A stretch of 64,000 nt of DNA from an uncultured Clostridia bacterium. GTDB taxonomy: Bacteria > Bacillota > Clostridia > Christensenellales > UBA1242. The position numbers were made by a program, and so were the translations under genes. Below are positions 40,488-50,365 of this stretch, piece after piece (position 1 is the stretch's first letter; each line of letters opens with the position of its first letter). The DNA is taken from contig CANQAY010000004.1 of NCBI GenBank assembly GCA_947589025.1, positions 32,430-96,429 on the forward strand. Direction: 5' to 3'. The notes beneath the pieces were generated by a model. That model was not told the origin of the DNA, did no database searches, and saw nothing but the letters and a program-made list of their open reading frames with translations.

Positions 40488-40844
40488 ATGGACGATAAAA
40501 ATAACTTTGTTTTTAAAGACAAAGATACAACGATTAATTTTCAAGGTTTATCTCTAAAGCAATTAAAAAATATTCTTGAATTGGCTGTTTGTTTAGTTGA
40601 CGATAAACAATATAAAAAACTTGAAAGCATACACAAACAAAAATATAAAAATTCTCAAATAAGAATGTGTGTAGATGATGAAAACGGAATCGATACGATC
40701 GTTGAATTAACACGCTGTGGAGATCTCTTTGATATTACAATGGGAACAAATTTAGATCCAATAACCGCAATAAATAGTAAAAATCTAACAAAGAAACAAT
40801 TTCAGTTATTTATAAAAGAGCTAGACGCTTTTATTAAAAAATAA
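40488..40844 (+). CDS. Hypothetical protein
   Basis: 118-aa ORF with GGAG SD right after the tRNA. Confidence 0.55.
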   Translation: MDDKNNFVFKDKDTTINFQGLSLKQLKNILELAVCLVDDKQYKKLESIHKQKYKNSQIRMCVDDENGIDTIVELTRCGDLFDITMGTNLDPITAINSKNLTKKQFQLFIKELDAFIKK

Positions 40845-40863
40845 CTTACCTTTTGTACTAAAG

Positions 40864-42378
40864 ATGAAAAGCCGCTGGTTTAATTATCGTCCATTATGTT
40901 TAGTTTTTTTGTTCCTTTTAATAGGAAGCATTTTTGCTTTTTATGTGGTTTCTAACAGCATAGCTTCAATAATAATTATTGTTATTACGTTCGCCATAAT
41001 TTTGCTAGTGGCAATATTAAAACGCAAAATTAAATATTTTATTATTCCATTAATTTCTTTTGCTTTGGGTGCCGGATGTTACAACTTGGCAGTTTCTAAC
41101 TTTTCTAAAACTATAGAAAAGCAGCCATCGTTAGTTCAAGCCCGAATTTATAGAGTGCAAGAGACTAATGATAATTACACCCGCGTTTATGCAGATAACG
41201 TTACATTTGATGGGGAGAGTGCGAACTCCAACCTTATTATTTACATTTATGATGACGAAAGTCTTTATAAAAACATTGAAATTGGCAGTGTTATTTCTTT
41301 TGTTCCGCTCAATTTTTATGAAAGCGAGCTGTTTTATTATGAAACGCCTAATGCCGGATATTTTAACGAAAATTTAAAATATACCGCCTCAGTTAATATG
41401 GAAAGTGTTAATTACATAAAAACTGATAAAACCTTGGCGGAATTAGTTAAGGAAAGAATAAAAGAAAATTTAGCTAACGGGCTTAATAACGAAAATTTGG
41501 AATATTCATATGCATCCTTGTTTGGCGATAAAGATACGCTAAACGATAACTTATATGGCAACTTTAAACTTTCTGGCATTGCGCATTTGTTGGCTGTATC
41601 TGGCTTGCATGTTGGCATAATTGCCTCAATTTTAACATTTATTTTAAACAAACTTAAAGCCAAACGTGTTGTTAAATTGATAGTGATTTCCGCCTTTTTG
41701 CTAATTTATGCCTATTTATGCAATTTTTCAGTATCCGTCATTCGCGCTTCAATAATGACCATTTTTATGCTGTTAGCGCCACTGTTTTATAGGGAATATG
41801 ACAGCGTTTCCGCAATTTCGTTTGCTGGCATCATTATATTTTTACTTAATCCATTAACAGCTTTTGATGTTAGTTTTCTTTTAAGTTTTAGCTGTGTGTT
41901 GGGCATAATAATGCTTTACAAACCAATTAAATATGCAGTTGCCAAAACCAAAATGCCAACAAAAATTACCGATGCCTTTTCAATAAGTTTAGCAACAACC
42001 ACATCTTTAATTTTTATTATGGCTTACTATTTTAACAACCTTAACATTATTGCTTTGTTGGCAAACATCATTTTAATTCCTATATTTACCTTTGCATTTA
42101 TGATAATTTTTGTTCTGGCAATGCTTTCATTAATTTTGCCATTTATAACTTATTTGCTGTTCCCAGTTAATTACATATTAAATTTCATTGCGCTGGTGGC
42201 CAATATTTTAGGCAATTTGCCAATTGCAAACTTCGCCACAATATCAACGCCGTATCTATCCATGTTATTATATTTTATTTTAATATTCCTATTGGGCAGG
42301 TTCTGCACGGCAGATAAAAAATATAAAATTTTATTATCCATTCCAACAGTTGCAATTTTAATTATAAGTTTGCTATAA
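40864..42378 (+). CDS. comEC: ComEC/Rec2 family DNA-uptake channel (no C-terminal metallo-beta-lactamase domain)
   Basis: GIAHLLAVSGLHVG, SVIRASIM, NP....DVSF.LSF; upstream of holA. Confidence 0.9.
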   Translation: MKSRWFNYRPLCLVFLFLLIGSIFAFYVVSNSIASIIIIVITFAIILLVAILKRKIKYFIIPLISFALGAGCYNLAVSNFSKTIEKQPSLVQARIYRVQETNDNYTRVYADNVTFDGESANSNLIIYIYDDESLYKNIEIGSVISFVPLNFYESELFYYETPNAGYFNENLKYTASVNMESVNYIKTDKTLAELVKERIKENLANGLNNENLEYSYASLFGDKDTLNDNLYGNFKLSGIAHLLAVSGLHVGIIASILTFILNKLKAKRVVKLIVISAFLLIYAYLCNFSVSVIRASIMTIFMLLAPLFYREYDSVSAISFAGIIIFLLNPLTAFDVSFLLSFSCVLGIIMLYKPIKYAVAKTKMPTKITDAFSISLATTTSLIFIMAYYFNNLNIIALLANIILIPIFTFAFMIIFVLAMLSLILPFITYLLFPVNYILNFIALVANILGNLPIANFATISTPYLSMLLYFILIFLLGRFCTADKKYKILLSIPTVAILIISLL

Positions 42379-42385
42379 TAATAAT

Positions 42386-43300
42386 ATGAAATTTATTGAA
42401 CTTGTGGGCAATTTAAAACAAAACATTCTTCCGCTATATAACATAAAAGGGGAAGATGCATTTTTGGTGCGCCAAGCCATTTTAAATATAAAAAGGACAG
42501 TGGTAAGCGACATGGAAGAGTTTAACTATTTAAAATTAGAAGCTGACAAAATGAAGCCAACCGAACTTGTTGCTACAATTTCCACATTGCCAATTTCAAG
42601 CGAACATAGGCTTGTTGTGCTGGTTAACCCATCTAACGATGTGGTTAAAACCTTAAATAAATATGATTTTGCCGATAACTCAACTGTTGTTGTAACCGTT
42701 AATGCGTACAAACTAACAAAAGGCGAAACAATTGATTGCTCCAAATTAGATAAAGCGGACATTCAAAAATATGTGTTAAACATGTTAAACAAAAACAACC
42801 TTTCTATTCAAGAGCAGGCAGTTGACTATTTAATTGAAGCAACAAATGGCAATATGTCTTACATTTCAAGCGAATTAAACAAATTAATAAGCTACGCTAT
42901 AGATAAAGAGGTTATTACAATTGAAATGGTAACAAATCTTGTTGCAAACACAACAGAATATGCCGTTTATCTTTTAACAAACGCAATAGATTTAAAAGAC
43001 TATTCAAAATATCAAGCAATAATAAACGAACTCAGCAAACACAACACGGCAAACGAACTTTTTTCGTATATGGGCAAATATTTTAGGCGTATGCAATATA
43101 TAAGTTTAAATAAAAATGATAATGAGTTAGCAACTATATTGAACATTAAGCCATATGCAATTAAAATGTCTAGGCAGGCTGTTGCAAAAAATGGCATTAA
43201 TTATTACATTAACCTTTATCAAAAATATATAGACCTTGATTATAAAATTAAATCGGGCAAAATATCGGCTTTAAACGCATTATACGAACTTGTGTTTTAA
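42386..43300 (+). CDS. holA: DNA polymerase III delta subunit
   Basis: PLY.I.GED.FL, FNY, TLP...E.RLV, ELNKL, D.KIKSG; comEC-holA-rpsT synteny. Confidence 0.88.
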   Translation: MKFIELVGNLKQNILPLYNIKGEDAFLVRQAILNIKRTVVSDMEEFNYLKLEADKMKPTELVATISTLPISSEHRLVVLVNPSNDVVKTLNKYDFADNSTVVVTVNAYKLTKGETIDCSKLDKADIQKYVLNMLNKNNLSIQEQAVDYLIEATNGNMSYISSELNKLISYAIDKEVITIEMVTNLVANTTEYAVYLLTNAIDLKDYSKYQAIINELSKHNTANELFSYMGKYFRRMQYISLNKNDNELATILNIKPYAIKMSRQAVAKNGINYYINLYQKYIDLDYKIKSGKISALNALYELVF

Positions 43301-43340
43301 ACATTTTGAAATTTTATAGTTTTTTGCTATAATGATTAAT

Positions 43341-44003
43341 ATGAACGAACTTTTAATTCCAAGCAAAATTGTGCACAGCAAAAGAAAAAGCATTGCTTTA
43401 ATTGTGGATAGAGAAGGGCAATTGGTTGTGCGTGCACCTTTACATTGCAAAGATGAGGATATAACAGACTTTATATTAAAAAAGTCTAATTGGATAATTA
43501 CAAAGCGCAGCGAATATCTAAATAGCGCTTTTAAGGTTTTAACCTTTAACAATGGCGAAACTGTTCAAATTTTAGGCAAACCTTACCGCATTTCACTATA
43601 TAATGGCTATAAAGTATATTTAAAAGACGATTGTATCTGTATACCAACTGTTAAGCCAAGTGTTAGATTAAAACAATATTTACGTAATTTAACCAAAACA
43701 ATTATTAACGAAAAAGTTACATTTTATTGCCAAAATTATAACTTAACACATAAACAAATAACCATAACCGGCGCCAAAACGAGATGGGGCTCGTGCGGAT
43801 ACAAAAACAGCTTAAACTTTACTTACAAATTGGCAATGTGCCCAGAGGATGTTATTGACTATGTGGTTGTTCACGAACTTTGCCATACAATAGAAAAAAA
43901 TCATAGCAGAAAGTTTTGGGCCAGGGTGGCGGATATCCTTCCAAACTATAAGCAACAAGAAAAATGGCTTAAAGATAATAAGCGCATTATTGATGTAATA
44001 TAA
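43341..44003 (+). CDS. M48/YgjP-like (DUF45) zinc metalloprotease family protein
   Basis: SKRKSI, VVRAP, TRWGSC, IDYVVVHELCH, NHS..FW. Confidence 0.9.
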   Translation: MNELLIPSKIVHSKRKSIALIVDREGQLVVRAPLHCKDEDITDFILKKSNWIITKRSEYLNSAFKVLTFNNGETVQILGKPYRISLYNGYKVYLKDDCICIPTVKPSVRLKQYLRNLTKTIINEKVTFYCQNYNLTHKQITITGAKTRWGSCGYKNSLNFTYKLAMCPEDVIDYVVVHELCHTIEKNHSRKFWARVADILPNYKQQEKWLKDNKRIIDVI

Positions 44004-44026
44004 AAAAACACCTTAACGGTGTTTTT
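44002..44026. terminator. Bidirectional terminator
   Basis: AAAAAAACACC-TTAAC-GGTGTTTTT. Confidence 0.75.
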
Positions 44027-44282
44027 ATTTTGCGGTGTAAACAGATAATCTAGCTTTCTTTCTATTGGCAGTTGCTTTTTGCAAAATGCCCTTAGATACA
44101 GCAGAATCTATTAAAGAAAAAGCCTCACTCAAATATTTTTGAGCATTTTCAGCCTCTTTATTATCAACAGCCAACTTATATTTTTTAACTTGAGTTGCAA
44201 TCTTAGATTTATAAGATTTATTCTCTAAAGTTTGTCTATTAATAACTTCAATTCTCTTTTTTGCTGATTTGATATTAGCCAT
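44025..44282 (-). CDS. rpsT: 30S ribosomal protein S20
   Basis: MANIKSAKKR, ID.A.SKGI, A.RKKARL; GGAGG SD. Confidence 0.98.
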   Translation of the reverse strand: MANIKSAKKRIEVINRQTLENKSYKSKIATQVKKYKLAVDNKEAENAQKYLSEAFSLIDSAVSKGILQKATANRKKARLSVYTAK

Positions 44283-44370
44283 ACAAACCTCCAATCTTTG
44301 TTATTATAACAAACATTTTTTTATTTTGCAAGTAGTTTAACAAATTTTTTATAAATTCATAAACTATATT

Positions 44371-45039
44371 ATGTTAAAAAAGTTAAGGCCCACCATAGGC
44401 ATTATTGATAGCGGCATTGGTGGAATAAGCATTTTAAACGCCTTAAAAGCAAAATTTAAAGGTGGAAATTATATCTATTTTGCGGATAATTTAAACATGC
44501 CATACGGCAATAAAAGTGCAAAATTTTTAAAAAATAGGGTAAACAACTTAATTAATTATTTAAAAACAAATTATTTAACCGATTATATTTTTATAGCCTG
44601 CAACACGGCATCAAGCGTGCTAAAACTAGCAGATGCCGATGTTATAAAAATGCAATTTGACACAAATTATACATATTTAGTAACCCCACTAACAAAACAG
44701 ACTTTGCAAAACATAAATGTTGTGGCCGACAAAACCCTTGCAAAACTCATTGAAAAACATATATTTAACACAAAGGCTTTAAATAGAATAATTAAATATC
44801 ACGTTAATTTGCACAAACTAAATGCAATGGATTGTTTTGTGCTTGGCTGCACACATTATGAACTTGTTTATGATTTGTTTAAAAAATATTGTCCTAATAG
44901 CAAAATTATAAAAAATTCCGATTTTATTTTAAAAGATTTTAATATGAATTTTGAAACCAACGAAACATCAATTCTATTTTTACAATCTAAAAGTTCTAAA
45001 AGCTATATTCAAAAATTAAAATCGTTGGTGGAGGATTAA
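44371..45039 (+). CDS. murI: Glutamate racemase (shortened)
   Basis: DSGIGG, PYG.KS, IACNTAS and LGCTHY catalytic Cys motifs. Confidence 0.85.
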   Translation: MLKKLRPTIGIIDSGIGGISILNALKAKFKGGNYIYFADNLNMPYGNKSAKFLKNRVNNLINYLKTNYLTDYIFIACNTASSVLKLADADVIKMQFDTNYTYLVTPLTKQTLQNINVVADKTLAKLIEKHIFNTKALNRIIKYHVNLHKLNAMDCFVLGCTHYELVYDLFKKYCPNSKIIKNSDFILKDFNMNFETNETSILFLQSKSSKSYIQKLKSLVED

Positions 45040-45040
45040 C

Positions 45041-46711
45041 ATGTGCGGAATATATGGTTATGTTGGCAAATTAGATGCTTATAACGAGGTTTTTAATGGC
45101 CTAAAATTGCTTCAATATAGGGGTTATGATAGTTGCGGAATTGCATATTTAAGCAATAACGAATTGAAAATTGTTAAAACAGTGGGCACAATTGACAATT
45201 TGCCAAAAATCAAAATAAAGTGTAATTTATCGTTTGGACACACAAGATGGGCTACCAACGGGGCGGTTAATTATGACAACACGCACCCACACATTTCATT
45301 TGATAAACGCTTTACGGTTGTTCACAACGGAATAATCTACAATGCCAACGAAATAAAACTGGCATTGCAAAATAAGGGGATTAATTTCTATTCAAATACG
45401 GATACTGAAGTTATTGCCAATTTACTTGCTAGCCTTAACGGAGATGTAGATGAAAGAATTAAAAGCTTGTTTAATCATTTAAAAGGCACTTTTGCTTTAA
45501 TAATAGAAAATGAAGGTGCGCTATATTTGGTTAAAAAGTTTAGCCCATTAAACATTTTAAAAGCCGAAGATGGCATCTACATATCAAGTGATGTAAGCAG
45601 TTTAAAAACTGGGCAGCTTTATTCACTTAAGGATTATGATGTAATAAAAATAAAAGACAACCAAATTTTGCCATTATCTGGGGAAATCGCGTTCACTAAA
45701 TATAATAATTGCATACAAAATTATTCGCTAAATAATTTCCCTCATTTTATGCTTAAAGAGATATATGAAACTCCAACTGCCATTGAAAACACATATAATT
45801 ATTTAAAAGATATTGATGTTTCCCCTTATTTTAAAAACATTAAAGATATAACATTAATAGGATGTGGAACGGCATATCATTCATGTTTAATAGGCGGAGA
45901 GGTGTTAAAAAAGCTTAACTTTAACATAAAAACAGAACTTGCATCTAATTTTACTTTATTTAAAAAAATAAATAAACATCATTTGCACATCATTGTTAGC
46001 CAAAGTGGGGAAACTGCTGACTGCATAAAAGCGGCAGAAAACATTAAAAAATTTGGCGGCAAAATTTTGGTTATAACCAATGAGGCTAAAAGTAGCATTG
46101 TAAAATTTGCTAACCACATAATTTTAACCAAAGCACAAAAAGAACTGGCAGTGGCAAGCACAAAAACATATTGTTCTCAAGTTTTTGCTTTTATTTTAAT
46201 TGCCAAAAAATTAAAAAATGCAAATTACACAATTAACATTAAAAAATTTAAAAAAAGTTTAACAAATTACATTAAAAATTCAAACATAATTTCAGCTGCA
46301 AAAATGCTAAGCAAATTAGATAAAACTATTTTAATTGGCAAAGACATTGATTATTTAACCCTGCTTGAAGCTAGCTTGAAAATAAGAGAAATAGACTATA
46401 TTTACACAATTCCAATCTATTCGGGCGAACTAAAACACGGCACACTTTCGCTAATAGATAATCAAAGCATTGTGCTATCTTTAAACACGGATAATGTTGC
46501 CAACAAACTAAGCAATGCAATAAACGAAATAGAATCTCGCGGCGGAAAAGTAATTAAATTTGAACAATTTATGCCAAAAAAATATTATAAAGATTTTAGC
46601 TGCATTTATTCAATAATTCCATTTCAACTTTTTAGTTATTTTATAGCTATTGAAAAAGGCTACAACCCCGATATGCCCAAAAATTTGGCAAAAAGTGTAA
46701 CAGTTGAATAA
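45041..46711 (+). CDS. glmS: Glutamine-fructose-6-phosphate transaminase
   Basis: MCGI, YRGYDS, GHTRWAT, HNGII, SQSGETAD, VASTKTY, GELKHG, NLAKSVTVE. Confidence 0.96.
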   Translation: MCGIYGYVGKLDAYNEVFNGLKLLQYRGYDSCGIAYLSNNELKIVKTVGTIDNLPKIKIKCNLSFGHTRWATNGAVNYDNTHPHISFDKRFTVVHNGIIYNANEIKLALQNKGINFYSNTDTEVIANLLASLNGDVDERIKSLFNHLKGTFALIIENEGALYLVKKFSPLNILKAEDGIYISSDVSSLKTGQLYSLKDYDVIKIKDNQILPLSGEIAFTKYNNCIQNYSLNNFPHFMLKEIYETPTAIENTYNYLKDIDVSPYFKNIKDITLIGCGTAYHSCLIGGEVLKKLNFNIKTELASNFTLFKKINKHHLHIIVSQSGETADCIKAAENIKKFGGKILVITNEAKSSIVKFANHIILTKAQKELAVASTKTYCSQVFAFILIAKKLKNANYTINIKKFKKSLTNYIKNSNIISAAKMLSKLDKTILIGKDIDYLTLLEASLKIREIDYIYTIPIYSGELKHGTLSLIDNQSIVLSLNTDNVANKLSNAINEIESRGGKVIKFEQFMPKKYYKDFSCIYSIIPFQLFSYFIAIEKGYNPDMPKNLAKSVTVE

Positions 46712-48949
46712 TTAAACATACCATTTCTTTTTACTTGTTTTAATTTGATTATTAAGTTTATTTACAATATAATCTTTTGGCCTAATTTTAATTTGTTCCT
46801 CTTTTTCATTATCCGATAACACATAACAAATTTCATTAAAGTTAAATATATTGTTATCAAAATAATCAATATGTCCCAACTTGTTTTTATAGCAATTTAC
46901 AAGCTCTTTTTTGCCGTTAATCAATTTATATAAATTATATTCTTTGTTTGGTAAAGCTAAAAAAGATATGTTTGCGCCATCGTTAGTTATTTCTGCCGTT
47001 AAATTAAATTTGCTAGAATTTGTATTAACTGCTGGTGGGTTAGAAAGTTTAAAATAGTCGTAAGCAATATATCTATCCAAATTTACAGTTGGTGCAATAA
47101 TTTTGTGATTTTGCTCATATTCAATTAAATCATATGGCATTTTCGCAACAGAACTAGGGCAGGCGAAATCTTTTGGCTGTCTATTTTTATAAAGATTAGC
47201 CAATATCTGTTTATTAATTTCGGTTGCCTGTGCTGAACTATAAAAATTGTCTGGCAAAAATTTATTTTTTATGTTTGCAATCCAACAAAAAACAGTGTGT
47301 TCATTAGTATACGCAACATTATATAAATCAGTAGTTTTTCCGCCAACCGATGCCGTGCCGGTTTTGCTGCAAACTGGCAAATTTAAGCTATTAAGCCGCC
47401 TTGCAGTGCCACTAATGGCAGCATCCTTTAGCATGTTGTTAATTAAATAGCAGTCGTCTTCATTAAGCACTCTTTCGCTGTAAGGAGAATACTCATAAAC
47501 AATACTTCCTTTTTCGTCTAAAATTTTGTTAACAAAAGTTACGCCGTTATCTTCGCCCATATTGGCAAGAATTGAATATGCATTAAGCATTTTCATCAAT
47601 GGAATGCCATTTTTAGTTGACCCCAAAGCTAAGCTTAAGTTTAAGTCGCTTTTATCAATAAAAATGCCTAGTTTGTTTAAATATTCCTTGGCAGCATTTA
47701 GGCCGGCAAATTCAAGGGCCTTAACTGCCGGAATGTTGTAAGAATTTTTAATGGCATCACGCGTGGAAACATATCCATGAAACTTGTTATCGGCATTTGT
47801 TGGGGCAAAGCCATTATAATCAATTTTTTCATCCAAAATTTGCGTTGCGGGTGTTAAAATGTTGTTTGCCACATTGGGTAAATAAACTGCCAAAGGCTTT
47901 AAAAGTGAAGCGGATTGCCGCTTTAAGTTATGCAAGTTGTAGTTAGAATTAGCGTAATATGCAACAACTTGCCCACAATTGTTAACAACAACAGAAAGGC
48001 TATCCAAATTTTTATCTCCATCTAAAACTTTGGCATTACAACTAATAACTTGTTGTTGCAAATCATCATCTTTAAAGGTAATTATTTGATACTTTTTGTT
48101 AATTAAGTCGCGTTCGCTTATATTTAAAAGTTTGCATGCTTCATAAATGGCTTCTTCCTCATATGCATGGTCAAATTCATTAAAATTAACAATTTCTATG
48201 CCCGAATTTATAACCGCGTTGTATTCTTGCGCGTTAATATCCTTAGCTTTAAAAAGTTGCTTTGCCACCAAATTTTTTCTGTTAACTGAATTTTCATAAT
48301 TGGTTATTGGGGAATATGTATAGGGCGATTTTATAATTCCGGCAAGCACGCAAACTTCATTTAAGGTTAAATCTTTTGCCGATTTGTTAAAATAAACCTT
48401 GCTAGCATTTTCAATTCCGTATGCATTAGAGCCAAAATATATAGTGTTTAAATACATCTCTAAAATGTCATCTTTGCTAAACTTTTTTTCCATTTTCATT
48501 GCCAAAATTATCTCTTTAATTTTTCTTGCATATGTTTTTTCGTTAGTTAAAAGTGCATTTTTAACAAGCTGTTGGCTTATGGTGGAAGCCCCCTGCGATT
48601 TTGAATTTGTTAATAAATTTACGGCTCCCGCCTTTAAAATTCGTTTTAAATCAAAGCCGTTATGCTTATAAAATCTTTTGTCTTCAACATCCACAAACGC
48701 TTTTTTAACATAAGTAGGCAAAGTTTCAATTTCAATTATCGATCTATCAGTATTATAAAGTGTGGTTTCGCTCATACTTGCCGAATAAACTTTAATGCCA
48801 TTATTCATTTTAGTAAGGCTATCTACATCTAAATCATATTTGTTATATAAAATTGTAAAACCAATGCCAAAAACCAAAAAAGTGCTTGAAATAAGCAAGC
48901 AAAACACCAAAAGCACTTTTTTAAAGGTTTTTTTCTTTTTATTTTTCAT
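46712..48949 (-). CDS. Class A penicillin-binding protein (PBP1A-like)
   Basis: TM anchor; GT51 motifs EDKRFY.H.G, GASTISQQL, RKIKE, YLN.IYFG; TP motifs SLLK, SYN, KTG. Confidence 0.92.
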   Translation of the reverse strand: MKNKKKKTFKKVLLVFCLLISSTFLVFGIGFTILYNKYDLDVDSLTKMNNGIKVYSASMSETTLYNTDRSIIEIETLPTYVKKAFVDVEDKRFYKHNGFDLKRILKAGAVNLLTNSKSQGASTISQQLVKNALLTNEKTYARKIKEIILAMKMEKKFSKDDILEMYLNTIYFGSNAYGIENASKVYFNKSAKDLTLNEVCVLAGIIKSPYTYSPITNYENSVNRKNLVAKQLFKAKDINAQEYNAVINSGIEIVNFNEFDHAYEEEAIYEACKLLNISERDLINKKYQIITFKDDDLQQQVISCNAKVLDGDKNLDSLSVVVNNCGQVVAYYANSNYNLHNLKRQSASLLKPLAVYLPNVANNILTPATQILDEKIDYNGFAPTNADNKFHGYVSTRDAIKNSYNIPAVKALEFAGLNAAKEYLNKLGIFIDKSDLNLSLALGSTKNGIPLMKMLNAYSILANMGEDNGVTFVNKILDEKGSIVYEYSPYSERVLNEDDCYLINNMLKDAAISGTARRLNSLNLPVCSKTGTASVGGKTTDLYNVAYTNEHTVFCWIANIKNKFLPDNFYSSAQATEINKQILANLYKNRQPKDFACPSSVAKMPYDLIEYEQNHKIIAPTVNLDRYIAYDYFKLSNPPAVNTNSSKFNLTAEITNDGANISFLALPNKEYNLYKLINGKKELVNCYKNKLGHIDYFDNNIFNFNEICYVLSDNEKEEQIKIRPKDYIVNKLNNQIKTSKKKWYV

Positions 48950-49039
48950 TGTTTATAGTATGTGCAAATGAAAAAATTTAATTATCAATTTAGCAAAATT
49001 TAGTTGAAAAAAGTAGATTTTTATATTATAATATAAAAT

Positions 49040-50365
49040 ATGAATAGTTATCAGGGCAAAACTTTTGCCGTTGTCACATATGGTTGTCAAATGAATGTGC
49101 ACGAAAGTGAAAAAATTCGTGGCATTTTGTCTTCGCTTGCAATGTTGGAAATTGACGATGTTGAAAAGGCTGATGTTGTTGTTTTTAACACTTGTTGCAT
49201 CCGTGAAGGGGCAGAAGACAGGGCATATAACAATGTGGCAGCATTAAAAAAAAGCAAGGCGGAAAATCCTGCTAAGGTAATTGTTATTTGCGGTTGCATG
49301 CCTCAACAAAAGCAAGGCAAATATGATTTAGCAACGAAATTGCCTTTTGTGGATATTATTATTGGCACTTATAACATAAATGCTTTGGCGCAATATCTAT
49401 TGTTATACGCAGTTAATAAAAAACGAATTATTGATATTTTAGATAAACCAAATAGCAATTTAGATAGCGAATTTTGCGTAAGAGATGACGCAACAAACGC
49501 ATATGTAAACATTATTTATGGGTGCAACAAATTTTGCACTTATTGCATTGTGCCATATGTTAGGGGCAGGGAAATGAGTAGAACCCCACAAACAATATAT
49601 AATGAAGTTAAAGATCTGGTGCAAAACAAAGGCTATAAATATATTACATTGCTTGGCCAAAATGTTAACTCTTATGGTAAGGATTTAAAAGAAAAAACTT
49701 CGTTTAGTGAACTTTTAACCTATCTTTGCACCATTGAAGGGGATTTTAAAATTAAATTTATGACATCTCATCCTATGGATTTAGGTGATGATTTAATAAA
49801 AACGATGAAAAAAGAGCCCAAAATTGCCAAGGCTCTGCATCTTCCAGTGCAATCTGGCAGCAGTGCAATTTTAAAACGCATGAATAGGCATTATGATATT
49901 AGGCATTATTATAGAATAATAAGAAAATTAAAACACGCCATGCCAAACATCTCCCTTTCTACGGACATTATTGTTGGTTTCCCGGGGGAGACTGAAAAGG
50001 ATTTTAATTTAACATTAAAATTATTAAAAAAGGTTAAATATGATCAAGTTTTTGCCTTTATGTATTCTAGGCGCACAGGAACCCCAGCAGCCGAGTTTGA
50101 AGACCAAATTGACGAAAAAGTTAAAAACATTAGGGTAAACAAACTTTTGCGCCTTCAAAAAATTATTCAAAAGGAACAGGTTAAAAAATACTTTAACAAA
50201 ACTTACAATTGCCTAATTAAATTTATTAACGGCGTTGCTGTTGGCATAACCGATGGGGGAAAGGAAATTTATATACCAAACTATAAATATGTTAACCAAA
50301 ACTATTTTGCCAATGTTAAAATTGAGGGCGTTCGCAACCACAAGTTATCAGGAGTAATCAAATGA
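49040..50365 (+). CDS. miaB: tRNA methylthiotransferase MiaB
   Basis: TYGCQMN, NTCCIRE, CNKFCTYCIVP radical SAM motif, HLPVQSG, DIIVGFPGE. Confidence 0.96.
   Translation: MNSYQGKTFAVVTYGCQMNVHESEKIRGILSSLAMLEIDDVEKADVVVFNTCCIREGAEDRAYNNVAALKKSKAENPAKVIVICGCMPQQKQGKYDLATKLPFVDIIIGTYNINALAQYLLLYAVNKKRIIDILDKPNSNLDSEFCVRDDATNAYVNIIYGCNKFCTYCIVPYVRGREMSRTPQTIYNEVKDLVQNKGYKYITLLGQNVNSYGKDLKEKTSFSELLTYLCTIEGDFKIKFMTSHPMDLGDDLIKTMKKEPKIAKALHLPVQSGSSAILKRMNRHYDIRHYYRIIRKLKHAMPNISLSTDIIVGFPGETEKDFNLTLKLLKKVKYDQVFAFMYSRRTGTPAAEFEDQIDEKVKNIRVNKLLRLQKIIQKEQVKKYFNKTYNCLIKFINGVAVGITDGGKEIYIPNYKYVNQNYFANVKIEGVRNHKLSGVIK

Noticed and set aside
26730-49570. GGGCAGGG octamers on the + strand (about 26730, 29123, 49563) as KOPS-like motifs
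   Set aside because: Too few counted by eye to show strand bias; needs a genome-wide skew test
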